Below, piece by piece: positions 8,645 through 17,728 of a stretch of 64,000 nt of DNA (within the stretch, counting starts at the first letter, position 1; every line of letters starts with the position of its first letter). Source of the stretch: Acidobacteriota bacterium (GTDB lineage Bacteria > Acidobacteriota > Vicinamibacteria > Vicinamibacterales > Fen-181). Location of the stretch: contig PMZR01000084.1 in NCBI GenBank assembly GCA_003170135.1, forward strand, positions 36,674 through 100,673, read 5' to 3'. Position numbers and translations under genes: made by a program. Under the pieces are notes generated by a model. That model was not told where the DNA came from. It did not search any database and worked only from the letters and a program-made list of their open reading frames with translations.

Positions 8645-9688
8645 ATGCACGCACTGCTCGCACTGCTCGCCGTCGTTGCGCTCGGCCTGGCCGCCTTCGC
8701 CGGCGCCCTGCGGCCGGAGCTGCGCCTGGCCATCGGCGTCGCATTGCCGTCGGTGTCGTTCTTCGTCTTCCTCGCCGGGACCGCGTGGCGCGTCGTCGGG
8801 TGGGCGAATTCGCCGGTGCCGTTCCGCATCCCGGTCACCTCCGGGCAGCAGGCGTCGTTTCGATGGTTGAAACCGAGTCGCCTGGATAATCCGTCGACGC
8901 TGGCTGGCGTGATGGGCCGGATGGCGCTCGAGGTGCTGCTCTTCCGATCGCTGTTCCGTAACGTGAAGTCGGATCTTCGGCCCGGACGCCTGATCTTCCG
9001 CGACGCCACCGGCTTGTGGCTGGCGGCGCTTGCGTTTCACTACTCGCTCCTGCTCGTCGTCGTGCGCCACCTGCGCTTTTTCATGCAACCGGTCCCCGGT
9101 GTCGTGGCCGCGCTCGCCGGTGTTGACGCGTTCTTCCAGGCCGGCGTCCCGGCGGTGTACGCGACCGACGTCGCCATGCTCGCCGCCCTGGGGTATCTCC
9201 TGTTCCGGCGGCTGCGTGAGCCGCACCTGCGCTACCTGTCGCTGTTCAGCGATTACTTCGCGCTGTTCGTGCTCCTTGGGATTGCGACCACGGGCGTGCT
9301 GATGCGCCATGTCATCCGGGTGGACGTCATCGCCGTCAAGGAGCTGGCGATGAGTCTGGTGACGCTCTCGTCGCCGCGCCTCGGCGCCTCGCTCCATCCG
9401 ATCGTGTTCGCGCACCTCGCGCTCGTCAGCGTGCTCGTCGCGAGCCTGCCGTTCAGCAAGTTGATGCACATGGGGGGCGTGTTCCTGTCGCCCACGCGGA
9501 ATCTCGCGAACAACAACCGGGCGAAACGCCACGTGAACCCATGGAACGCTCCCGTCAAGGTGCACACCTACGACGCGTGGGAGGACGAGTTCCGCGACAA
9601 GCTGATCGCGGCGGGGTTGCCAGTGGAGAGAAGCGGGCGTAGTCCGGCTGAAGCTGGATGCCACCAAGAGAGCGCGGACCATGTCTGA
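8645..9688 (+). CDS. dsrM: DsrM, NarI-like dihaem b membrane subunit
   Basis: 347 aa, multiple TM helices. PFSKLMHMGGVF motif of the NarI/DsrM family. Overlaps the dsrK start by 8 nt. Confidence 0.85.
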   Translation: MHALLALLAVVALGLAAFAGALRPELRLAIGVALPSVSFFVFLAGTAWRVVGWANSPVPFRIPVTSGQQASFRWLKPSRLDNPSTLAGVMGRMALEVLLFRSLFRNVKSDLRPGRLIFRDATGLWLAALAFHYSLLLVVVRHLRFFMQPVPGVVAALAGVDAFFQAGVPAVYATDVAMLAALGYLLFRRLREPHLRYLSLFSDYFALFVLLGIATTGVLMRHVIRVDVIAVKELAMSLVTLSSPRLGASLHPIVFAHLALVSVLVASLPFSKLMHMGGVFLSPTRNLANNNRAKRHVNPWNAPVKVHTYDAWEDEFRDKLIAAGLPVERSGRSPAEAGCHQESADHV

Positions 9689-11390
9689 CATCCCGCGCCC
9701 GCTCGATGGCAAGGACGCAACCTGCGCGATACCTGCTGACTTCCAGCGCCCCGCGCGCCCGTGGACCGATGCGCGCGTCGAGTTCCGCAAGGGCACCTTC
9801 TCCTACAGCGCCACCGCGAAGAATCTCCAGTCGCTCGGCCTGCCGAACCCGCGGGACTGGCAGCCGGCCGACGCCGACTGGAAGCTGCCCGCCGACTGGA
9901 AGCGGATCATCCTGAACGGCATGGCCGAACGGTTGCAGCGGCACCGCTCGTTCCGCCTCTTCATGGACGTGTGCGTGCGGTGCGGCGCGTGCGCCGACAA
10001 GTGCCACTTCTATCTCGGCTCGGGCGACCCGAAGAACATGCCGGTGCTGCGCGCCGAGCTGCTGCGCTCGGTCTACCGCCGGTACTTCACCATCGCCGGC
10101 CGCCTCTTCCCCGGTCTCGCCGGCGCGCGCGATCTGACCGAGGACGTCGTCAAGGAGTGGTTCTACTACTTCTATCAGTGCACCGAGTGTCGGCGCTGCG
10201 CCGTCTTCTGCCCGTACGGCATCGACACGGCCGAAGTGACGATGATCGGCCGCGAGCTGCTGAACCTGGTGGGCTGCAACATCAACTGGGTGCTGGATCC
10301 CGCGGCGAAGTGCGACCGCGTCGGCAACCACCTCGGCATCCCGCCGCACGCGTTCAAGGACAGCCTGGAGTTCGCGGTGGACGAACTCGAGGAGATCACC
10401 GGCATCCGCGTGGACGCGCCGATCAACCGGAAGGGCGCCGAGGTCCTGCTCGTCGTGCCGTCGGCGGATTATTTCGGGTCGCCGCACTACTACACGCTGC
10501 TCGGCTACCTGATGGTGCTGCACGAGGCCGGCCTCGACTACACCTTCAGCGCGTACGCGTCCGAGGGGGGGAACTTCGGGCTGTTCAGTTCGCACGAGAT
10601 GACGAAGCGGCTGAACGCGAAGATCTATGCCGAGGCGAAGCGACTCGGGGTGAAGTGGATTCTCGGCGGCGAGTGCGGCCACATGTGGCGCGTGGTCCAT
10701 CAGTACATGGACACGATGAACGGGCCCGCGGACTTCCTCGAGGTGCCCGTCTCGCCCGCCACCGGCACGCGCTTCACGCACGCGGCCTCGACCAAGACGC
10801 TCCACATCGCCGAGTTCACCGCGGACCTGATTCGGCACGGCCGGCTCACGCTCGCCAGGTCGCGCAACGACCGCTGGAACGTGACGTATCACGATTCCTG
10901 CAACCCGTCGCGCGCGATGGGCCTGCTCGAGGAGCCGCGCTACATCCTGCGCCACGCCTGCCACGAGTTCCACGAGATGCCGGAGAACACCATCCGCGAG
11001 CAGACGTTCTGCTGCGGCAGCGGCGCGGGCCTCGGCACCGACGAGAACCTCGAGATGCGGTTGCGCGGCGGGTTCCCGCGCGCCAGCGCGGTCAAGTACG
11101 TGCGCGACAAGCACGGCGTGAACTGCCTGGCCTGCATCTGCGCCATCGACAAGGCCACGCTGCCCACGCTGCTCGACTACTGGGTGCCCGGCGTCGAGGT
11201 GGCGGGCGTCCACGAACTGCTGGGCAATGCGCTCGTGATGCGCGGCGAGAAGCCGCGAACGACCGATTTGCGCGGCGAGCCGTTGCTCGCCGCCGCTCCG
11301 ACTCCGGACCTCGGGCTTCGGACTCCGGACTCCGGACCTCCGACTCCGGACTCCGGACGACGCGTCGGCGAAGGAGCCGGCGGGCCATGA
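9681..11390 (+). CDS. dsrK: DsrK, HdrD-like Fe-S/CCG-domain catalytic subunit
   Basis: 569 aa. CVRCGACADKCH and CTECRRCAVFCP clusters. CCG-type motifs (FCCGSGAG, HDSCNPSR). The last ~30 codons are read through a CTCCGGA heptamer array. Confidence 0.9.
   Translation: MSDIPRPLDGKDATCAIPADFQRPARPWTDARVEFRKGTFSYSATAKNLQSLGLPNPRDWQPADADWKLPADWKRIILNGMAERLQRHRSFRLFMDVCVRCGACADKCHFYLGSGDPKNMPVLRAELLRSVYRRYFTIAGRLFPGLAGARDLTEDVVKEWFYYFYQCTECRRCAVFCPYGIDTAEVTMIGRELLNLVGCNINWVLDPAAKCDRVGNHLGIPPHAFKDSLEFAVDELEEITGIRVDAPINRKGAEVLLVVPSADYFGSPHYYTLLGYLMVLHEAGLDYTFSAYASEGGNFGLFSSHEMTKRLNAKIYAEAKRLGVKWILGGECGHMWRVVHQYMDTMNGPADFLEVPVSPATGTRFTHAASTKTLHIAEFTADLIRHGRLTLARSRNDRWNVTYHDSCNPSRAMGLLEEPRYILRHACHEFHEMPENTIREQTFCCGSGAGLGTDENLEMRLRGGFPRASAVKYVRDKHGVNCLACICAIDKATLPTLLDYWVPGVEVAGVHELLGNALVMRGEKPRTTDLRGEPLLAAAPTPDLGLRTPDSGPPTPDSGRRVGEGAGGP
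11295..11357. repeat. Tandem heptanucleotide array, CTCCGGA x9, inside the dsrK 3' end
   Basis: gctccga ctccgga cctcggg cttcgga ctccgga ctccgga cctccga ctccgga ctccgga. Translated as APTPDLGLRTPDSGPPTPDSG. Confidence 0.95.
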
Positions 11391-11761
11391 GTGACCGACC
11401 GCTCATCGTGGCCGGCCTGGGGCTGTTTCTCGGCCTCGTCACGTTTCCCGTGTGGTACAACGTGGCCGCCGGCACCCGTCCCGAAGCGCCTGCGCCCGCG
11501 CGCCCGGCCACGGCAACCTCGTGTGTGGCGCCGCGCGAGTACATGCGGGCCTCGCACATGACGCTGCTCGTCCAGTGGCGCGAGGACGTCGTGCGCCGCG
11601 GCGATCGACGCTACGTCGCTGGCGACGGCCGTCGCTACGAGAAGAGCCTGACGGGCACGTGCCTCAAGTGCCACGACGACAAGGCGAAGTTCTGTGACCG
11701 GTGCCACGATTACGCGGGCGTCACGCCGGCGTGCACGGACTGCCACCTCGGCAGCCGATAG
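11387..11761 (+). CDS. dsrJ: DsrJ, membrane-anchored trihaem cytochrome c
   Basis: 124 aa. ATGA overlap with the dsrK stop. N-terminal TM helix. Three CxxCH motifs (CLKCH, CDRCH, CTDCH). Confidence 0.88.
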   Translation: MSDRPLIVAGLGLFLGLVTFPVWYNVAAGTRPEAPAPARPATATSCVAPREYMRASHMTLLVQWREDVVRRGDRRYVAGDGRRYEKSLTGTCLKCHDDKAKFCDRCHDYAGVTPACTDCHLGSR

Positions 11762-11849
11762 TGGGTAGTGGATAGTGGGTAGTGGGTAGTGGGTAGTGGA
11801 TAGTGGATAGTCGGTCGTTGATAGTTGATAGTTGATAGTTGACCGTTGA
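11759..11849. repeat. Tandem heptanucleotide array, TAGTGGR x8 grading into TAGTTGA x4 (13 units)
   Basis: Starts on the dsrJ TAG stop codon: tagtggg tagtgga tagtggg tagtggg tagtggg tagtgga tagtgga tagtcgg tcgttga tagttga tagttga tagttga ccgttga. Confidence 0.95.
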
Positions 11850-11916
11850 GCGTCGGCCAGCGATTGACTATCGACCACCAACCATCAACTCGTTCCAGGA
11901 CCGGACCGAAAGCACC

Positions 11917-12699
11917 ATGAGCATCGACCGACGTCACTTCCTCGGCCTCGCCGGGCTGTCCGCGCTCGCCCTGGCGGCTCGGCCGTCGCTCGAGGCGGCC
12001 AACGGGCTGCCACGAGCGGCCGGCGACCCGGCAGCCTCGCCGGGAGCGGCGACCGGACGGCGCTTTGCGCTCATCGTCGATCCGAAGAAGTGTCTCGAGC
12101 TCGAGGGATGCACCCGGTGCATCGTGGCGTGCCACCGGGCGCACAACGTGCCGGCCATCGCCGAGCCGCGCCACGAGGTGAAGTGGATCTGGAAGGAACG
12201 CTTCGAGCAGGCGTTTCCCTCGGACCAGAACGCCTACACGGAAGACGCGCTCAAGGGGACGCAGATCCCGGTCCTGTGCAATCACTGCGACAACCCGCCC
12301 TGCGTGCGGGTCTGCCCGACCAAGGCGACGTGGAAGCGCGAAGACGGCATCGTGATGATGGATTCTCACCGGTGCATCGGGTGCCGGTACTGCATGGGCG
12401 CGTGCCCGTACGGATCGCGCAGCTTCAACTGGGATGACCCGCGACAGCACATGGGCCTGGCGTCCGCCCGCGATTACCCGACGCGCACGAAGGGCGTCGT
12501 CGAGAAGTGCACGTTCTGCGAGGAACGGCTGGCGAAGGGGCAACAGCCCCTGTGCGTCGAGGCGTGTCCCGTGGACGCGCTCGTCTTCGGCGATCTCGGC
12601 GACGCGAAGTCGGAGGTCCGTGATCTGCTCCGCGCGCGCCACTCGATTCGGCGCAAGCCGGAGCTCGGCACGCAGCCGTCGGTGTATTACGTGGTCTGA
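11917..12699 (+). CDS. dsrO: DsrO, periplasmic 4Fe-4S ferredoxin-type subunit with Tat signal
   Basis: ATG 11917 gives MSIDRRHFLGLAGLSALALAA (twin-arginine). Cys clusters CTRCIVAC, CNHCDNPPCVRVCP, CIGCRYCMGACP and CTFC...CVEACP. Confidence 0.88.
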   Translation: MSIDRRHFLGLAGLSALALAARPSLEAANGLPRAAGDPAASPGAATGRRFALIVDPKKCLELEGCTRCIVACHRAHNVPAIAEPRHEVKWIWKERFEQAFPSDQNAYTEDALKGTQIPVLCNHCDNPPCVRVCPTKATWKREDGIVMMDSHRCIGCRYCMGACPYGSRSFNWDDPRQHMGLASARDYPTRTKGVVEKCTFCEERLAKGQQPLCVEACPVDALVFGDLGDAKSEVRDLLRARHSIRRKPELGTQPSVYYVV

Positions 12700-12709
12700 T
12701 GATCGTCGA

Positions 12710-12779
12710 CAGTTCACGGTTCACAGTTAATAGTTAACCGTTAACCGTTAACCGTTGACCGTTGACCGTTGACTGTCGC
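12710..12779. repeat. Tandem heptanucleotide array, CNGTTMA x10 (CCGTTAA/CCGTTGA)
   Basis: cagttca cggttca cagttaa tagttaa ccgttaa ccgttaa ccgttga ccgttga ccgttga ctgtcgc. A partly complementary tail follows to about 12815. Confidence 0.95.
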
Positions 12780-12831
12780 GCAACGGCAGACGATCGACTG
12801 TTGACTGTGAACGCCCAGGCGTCAGAGGAAC

Positions 12832-13998
12832 ATGCTCGAGAAGGCACTGACCGGAGGCCGCGGCTACTGGACGTGGCTGGTGGCACTCGTCGCGCTCATC
12901 GCGATCGGCGGCGCCGCGTGGCTGCGCCAGCTCGAGATTGGCCTGGCCGTCACCGGTCTCGGGCGCGACGTGTCATGGGGCCTCTACATCGCGCAGTTCA
13001 CCTTCCTGGTCGGCGTGGCGGCTTCCGCGGTGACGGTCGTGCTGCCGTACTACCTGCACGATTGCAAGGCGTTCGCGCGCGTCACGATCCTCGGCGAGTG
13101 CCTGGCGGTCGCGTCGGTGACCGCCTGCGCCCTCTTCATCCTGGTGGACATGGGACAGCCCGGGCGCGTCCTCAACGTCCTGCTCTACCCCTCGCCCAGC
13201 TCGCTCATGTTCTGGGACATGCTGTCGCTTGGCGGCTATCTCATCATCAACGCCGTTATCGCGTGGGTGACGCTGTCGGCCGAGCACGAGGATGTGCCGG
13301 CGCCGGCGTGGCTCAGACCAGTGGTGCTGCTGTCGATTCCCTGGGCCATCAGCATCCACACGGTCACCGCCTTTCTCTACGCCGGGTTACCCGGGCGGTC
13401 GTTCTGGATGACCGCCGTGCTGGCGCCGCGCTTCCTGGCCTCGGCCTTTGCCGCGGGCCCGTCGCTGCTCATCGTGCTGGCGCTGCTGCTTCGCCGCGTC
13501 GCCCGCTTCGATGTCGGCCGTGACGCGATCCAGAAGCTCGCGGTCATCGTCGTCTATGCGATGATCGCGAACGTGTTCTTCCTGCTGATGGAGGTCTTCA
13601 CGGCCTTCTACAGCGGGATTCCCGAACACGTCGGGCATTTTCAATATCTGTTCGCCGGCCTCGACGGCCATGGCGCGCTCGTGCCGTGGATGTGGACGTC
13701 GGTCGCGCTCACGCTCGCCGGACTGGCGCTGCTCATCGTGCCCCGGTTTCGGCGCAACGAGTCCCTGCTTGCGGTCGCCGCGATCGCGGTGTTCCTGGCG
13801 CTCTGGATCGACAAGGGGCTGGGCCTGATTGTCGGCGGGTTCGTGCCGACCCCCTTCGAACACGTCGTCGACTATGCGCCGACCGCGATCGAGATCCTCA
13901 TTTCCGCCGGCATCTGGGCCATAGGCGCCTTGCTGGTCACGGTGTTCTACAAGATCGCCATCGCCGTGCGGCATACAGACCCCGCTGCCGCGATGTGA
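12832..13998 (+). CDS. dsrP: DsrP, NrfD/PsrC-family integral membrane subunit
   Basis: 388 aa with about 10 TM segments. RDVSWGLYIAQFTFLVG is an NrfD-type motif. Position after dsrO. Confidence 0.85.
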   Translation: MLEKALTGGRGYWTWLVALVALIAIGGAAWLRQLEIGLAVTGLGRDVSWGLYIAQFTFLVGVAASAVTVVLPYYLHDCKAFARVTILGECLAVASVTACALFILVDMGQPGRVLNVLLYPSPSSLMFWDMLSLGGYLIINAVIAWVTLSAEHEDVPAPAWLRPVVLLSIPWAISIHTVTAFLYAGLPGRSFWMTAVLAPRFLASAFAAGPSLLIVLALLLRRVARFDVGRDAIQKLAVIVVYAMIANVFFLLMEVFTAFYSGIPEHVGHFQYLFAGLDGHGALVPWMWTSVALTLAGLALLIVPRFRRNESLLAVAAIAVFLALWIDKGLGLIVGGFVPTPFEHVVDYAPTAIEILISAGIWAIGALLVTVFYKIAIAVRHTDPAAAM

Positions 13999-14015
13999 TC
14001 GCGTCGGGCGGGGCG

Positions 14016-14036
14016 CTTCGGACTTCGGACTTCGGA
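14016..14036. repeat. Tandem heptanucleotide array, CTTCGGA x3
   Basis: cttcgga cttcgga cttcgga between dsrP and dsrN. Confidence 0.9.
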
Positions 14037-14040
14037 CAGC

Positions 14041-15450
14041 ATGGATCGCCTCCACACCCGCGCCCTGCCCCGCCTCGTCATCGCCGGCCTGTCGGGCGAC
14101 GCGGGGAAGACGCTCGTCTCGGTCGCCCTCGCCGTCATCTTCCGCGACCGCGACGTGCCGGTGTGCGCCTTCAAGAAGGGCCCGGATTACATCGACGCGG
14201 CCTGGCTGACGTGGGCCACGGGACACCCGGCAAGAAACCTCGATACATACCTGATGGGCGGCGACCTCGCCCGCCGCTCGTTCGTCGAGCACGCGACTGG
14301 CGACGGCGTGAACATCATCGAAGGCAACCGCGGCGTGTACGACGGCGGCGACGCGCGCGGCACCCACAGCACGGCGCAACTCGCCAAGTTGCTGGGCGCG
14401 CCCGTCGTCCTCGTCGTCGACGGCGCGAAGGTGACGCGCACCGCGGCCGCCTGCGTGCTGGGATGCCAGGCGCTGGACCCGGATGTCCGGTTCGCGGGCG
14501 TCATCCTCAACCGCGTGTCCGGGAGCCGCCACGAGCGCGTGCTGCGCGAGGCCATCGAGGCCACGTGCGAGTTGCCCGTGCTGGGCGCGATCCCGCGGTC
14601 CGACGCCAGGTTGCTGCCCGGCCGTCACCTGGGGCTGGTGACACCGGAAGAACATCCCGAGACGGCCGAGCTCGGGCGCCAGTTGCGGATCGCCGCTCAA
14701 TCGCTCGATGTCGATCGCCTGCTGGCGATGGCGCGGCAGGCGCCCATGGTGGAGGGCCCGGCGCTCGACGGCCCCGTGCCGCACGGCGAGCCCGACTCCG
14801 CCGTGGTGCCCGTCAGGATCGGATTCCTGCTCGATTCGGCCTTCACGTTCTATTACCCGGAGAATCTCGAAGCGCTCGAGTGCGCGGGCGCCCGGCTCGT
14901 GCCGATCTCCGCGCTGACGTCCGCGGAGTTGCCGGCCGATCTCGACGCCCTGTACATCGGCGGCGGATTCCCCGAGACGCACGCCGCCGCGCTGTCCTCG
15001 AACGCGCCGTTTCTCTCGTCGCTCAGACGCGCCGCGGAACGCGGATTACCCATCTACGCGGAGTGCGGAGGATTGATGCTGCTGTCGCGGGCCCTCTGGT
15101 GGCAGCAGCGGAAGTATCCCATGGCGGGCGTGCTGCCGTTCGACGTCGAGATGCTGGCGACGCCCCACGGCCACGGCTACACGCAGCTCGTCGTCGATGG
15201 GCCGAACCCGTTCTTCGCCGAAGGCACCGCGCTCAAGGGCCACGAGTTCCATTACTCGCGCGCGCTCGCCGGCCCGGACAGCGTCCCGACCGCCTGCGCC
15301 GTCGTGCGAGGCACCGGTTGCTTCGCCGGCCGCGACGCGGTCGTCGTGCACCAGACGCTCGCGTCCTACACTCACCTGCACGCGCTGGCCACCCCGCAAT
15401 GGGCGACGGGCGTCATGGGCGCCGCGAGGCGGTTCAGCGGGTCGAGATAA
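14041..15450 (+). CDS. dsrN: DsrN, cobyrinate a,c-diamide synthase-family amidase (sirohaem amidation)
   Basis: 469 aa. LVIAGLSGDAGKT P-loop, KKGPDYID, and a C-terminal GATase region with YAECGG. Last gene of the dsr string. Confidence 0.85.
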   Translation: MDRLHTRALPRLVIAGLSGDAGKTLVSVALAVIFRDRDVPVCAFKKGPDYIDAAWLTWATGHPARNLDTYLMGGDLARRSFVEHATGDGVNIIEGNRGVYDGGDARGTHSTAQLAKLLGAPVVLVVDGAKVTRTAAACVLGCQALDPDVRFAGVILNRVSGSRHERVLREAIEATCELPVLGAIPRSDARLLPGRHLGLVTPEEHPETAELGRQLRIAAQSLDVDRLLAMARQAPMVEGPALDGPVPHGEPDSAVVPVRIGFLLDSAFTFYYPENLEALECAGARLVPISALTSAELPADLDALYIGGGFPETHAAALSSNAPFLSSLRRAAERGLPIYAECGGLMLLSRALWWQQRKYPMAGVLPFDVEMLATPHGHGYTQLVVDGPNPFFAEGTALKGHEFHYSRALAGPDSVPTACAVVRGTGCFAGRDAVVVHQTLASYTHLHALATPQWATGVMGAARRFSGSR

Positions 15451-16324
15451 CGGAGCCGAGTCCCGGCCACGCCCAGTTGATCAGCAACCCCGTCGCGATG
15501 GCCGCCCCCAGCGTGAGGACGAGCATGCGGAGTGCCGTCCCCCTGTCGCCGTCCTTCAGCAGCAGGATGGGTCCGAACCCCGCGCCCGCACACAGTCCGG
15601 CGACGGCGGCGCCCGGCGACAACCCGGCCTTGAGGAACGCCTCGACAATCGCCACCGACACCGCGCAGTTGGGAATCAGGCCGAACATGGCGACCGGCAC
15701 CACCTGCAGGAAGGGATGCATCGCCCACAGGCGCAACGATCGCTCCGCCGACGACGCCTCGAGCGCCGCAGCGATGATCACGGTCGCCGCAAAGACGATC
15801 CAGAAGATGTGAAGCGAGCGCCTGAGGCTGTGGACGATGATCTCCTTCCACGGGACCGTGGCCATGTGAATGGCCCGCTCCGGCGCCAGCGCGCCCGCGT
15901 CGCCGGCTGGCACGTCGATGGCCGACGGCATCAGCGCATCGACCGCGTAGCCCCAGCCGACGCCGGCCACCGCCTTGATCAGCACGAGGCCGCCCACGAG
16001 CCACAACCGGCTGCGACTGGCGAGCAGCACCGGGATCGCTTCGTCGGACGTCGCGACGTAGGTCGCGAGCAGGGTGCCGGTGGTGACGCGGCGCAGCAGG
16101 TAGAAGGAGGTCACGAGCACCGACATCCCGCACTGGGGAATGATGCCGAGCAGCGTGCCGGCGAGCGGCCCGTTGCGCCGGTTGATGTGCAGGCGCGCTA
16201 CCAGGTCCTTGCCGCCGTGGTGGGAGAAGTACTCCAGGGCGACGTAGACGGGCACCAGGATCGGAATGACCGGCAGGGTATCGAGGAAACTGGCGACGAG
16301 AATGTGCCACGTGGCGGTGAGCAT
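15434..16324 (-). CDS. Polytopic membrane protein, ArsP_2-like '10TM putative metal exporter' family
   Basis: 296 aa. Repeated GIIPQCGMS and GLIPNCAVS half-motifs typical of that family. Family assignment is from memory. Confidence 0.5.
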   Translation of the reverse strand: MLTATWHILVASFLDTLPVIPILVPVYVALEYFSHHGGKDLVARLHINRRNGPLAGTLLGIIPQCGMSVLVTSFYLLRRVTTGTLLATYVATSDEAIPVLLASRSRLWLVGGLVLIKAVAGVGWGYAVDALMPSAIDVPAGDAGALAPERAIHMATVPWKEIIVHSLRRSLHIFWIVFAATVIIAAALEASSAERSLRLWAMHPFLQVVPVAMFGLIPNCAVSVAIVEAFLKAGLSPGAAVAGLCAGAGFGPILLLKDGDRGTALRMLVLTLGAAIATGLLINWAWPGLGSVISTR

Positions 16325-16424
16325 CGGAACATCGGATTGTATGAGGTCGATGCGGAAAGCGCAAAGGATACCGTCACGGGATATACTGCGCCCTCCCGCT
16401 CTTCTTCAACCGAGGTGTGTGTCG

Positions 16425-16979
16425 ATGGATATCCCCGATCGCCTCCTGGCGCTCGACAAGCAGACGCTGGTGGGCATGCTGCAGGATCAGGCAAGAAACT
16501 GGCTGGCGCACGACGGGCTGTGGTTCCAGGCGGTCGAGCGCCACCACGGCATGGCGTCGGCCATCGCGCTCGACACGGAGGCGTGGATCGACTTCACGCG
16601 CATCGAGGCGCGCCGCATCATGGATCGCCACCTCATCCCGCCGGGCGGCGGACTGGACGCGCTGGCCACGGCCCTGGAGTTCCGTCTGTACGCCCTGCTC
16701 AATCGCCAGTCGCTCCATCGCGTGGACGACCGGACGCTGCGCTTCGAAATGAACCGGTGCCGGGTCCAGGCGGCGCGGCAGCGCAAGGGACTGCCGGACT
16801 TCCCGTGCAAGCCGGTCGGCATCGCCGAGTACGCCTGGTTTGCCCACACGATCGACCCGCGCATCCGCACGCGCGTCGTGTCCTGTCCGCCCGACCCGCA
16901 CCCGGACACGTTCCACTGCGCGTGGGTCTTTTCGCTCGAAGACCAGCCGATTCGCGAGGACGAGGTCGTCGCGCCGTAG
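16425..16979 (+). CDS. Conserved hypothetical cytoplasmic protein (possibly DUF6125-like)
   Basis: ATG 16425 in ORF 16266..16979. HDGLWFQAVE and RCRVQAARQRKGLPDFPCK motifs. Family name uncertain. Confidence 0.4.
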   Translation: MDIPDRLLALDKQTLVGMLQDQARNWLAHDGLWFQAVERHHGMASAIALDTEAWIDFTRIEARRIMDRHLIPPGGGLDALATALEFRLYALLNRQSLHRVDDRTLRFEMNRCRVQAARQRKGLPDFPCKPVGIAEYAWFAHTIDPRIRTRVVSCPPDPHPDTFHCAWVFSLEDQPIREDEVVAP

Positions 16980-16991
16980 GAGCGCGCAAAG

Positions 16992-17678
16992 ATGCCCATG
17001 GAACCTTTGAAACCCGAGTGCGCGAAGTGCGGAATGCCTGTGAAGGTCTGCCGGTCGCCCGAGGGGCAGGCGCCGCCGTTCTGTCCGGGGACTCTCGACG
17101 CGATAACCATCGCGCGCGCGACGAGCGAGTACGACAAGCCCGACACGCACGAGTTCGCCCGGCAGGCGTCGATCCAGGAAGCCTCGTGCTACGCGGGGCG
17201 AGGCGCCGGACCGTACGTTCTGCATCCGGTGAAGCCCCGCGTGCAGGAGACGTGCGAGTTCGCGCGCCGCATGGGGTACCGGCGACTCGGCCTGGCCTTC
17301 TGCGCCGGATTGCAGCAGGAGGCGCAGACGCTGGTCGGCATCCTCGAGGCGCAGGGCTTCGACGTCGTTTCGGTCGTGTGCAAGGCGGGCGGCACGCCGA
17401 AGGAGACGATCGGCCTGCGCGACGACGAGAAGGTCCACATCGGCGAGTTCGAGCCGATGTGCAGCCCGATCGCCCAGGCGATGATCCTCAACGAGCGCGC
17501 GACCGAGTTCAACATCATGGTCGGCCTCTGCGTCGGCCACGACTCCCTGTTCCTGAAGCACGCGGAGGCGCCCTGCACGGTGCTCGTCGCAAAAGATCGG
17601 GTGCTCGGTCACTGCCCGGCTGCCGCCCTCTACACGGCGCACTCGTACTATCCGTGGTTGCGGCGCGAGGGGTTCTGA
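16992..17678 (+). CDS. DUF1847-family Cys-rich (metal-binding) protein
   Basis: 228 aa. CAKCG...CRS...FCPG N-terminus and MVGLCVGHDSLF core. Confidence 0.6.
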   Translation: MPMEPLKPECAKCGMPVKVCRSPEGQAPPFCPGTLDAITIARATSEYDKPDTHEFARQASIQEASCYAGRGAGPYVLHPVKPRVQETCEFARRMGYRRLGLAFCAGLQQEAQTLVGILEAQGFDVVSVVCKAGGTPKETIGLRDDEKVHIGEFEPMCSPIAQAMILNERATEFNIMVGLCVGHDSLFLKHAEAPCTVLVAKDRVLGHCPAAALYTAHSYYPWLRREGF

Positions 17679-17728
17679 CAGCGGCGGCTGAACGAGGCGA
17701 GAGTCAATCAGGGGAAGAGGAGCACAAC

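Noticed and set aside
11295-11357. The PDSG-type repeats at the DsrK C-terminus as a functional protein repeat domain.
   Set aside because: The periodicity is at the DNA level (7 nt) and is identical to intergenic arrays elsewhere. The peptide repeat is best explained as read-through of a DNA repeat rather than a selected protein motif.
15197-17728. Upstream 844 codons of the 992-aa plus-strand ORF 15197..18175.
   Set aside because: Only the last 148 codons (from ATG 17729, with a strong RBS) form a recognisable CGGC-domain protein. The upstream part is Arg/Gly/Ala-rich and overlaps four better-supported genes in other frames or strands.
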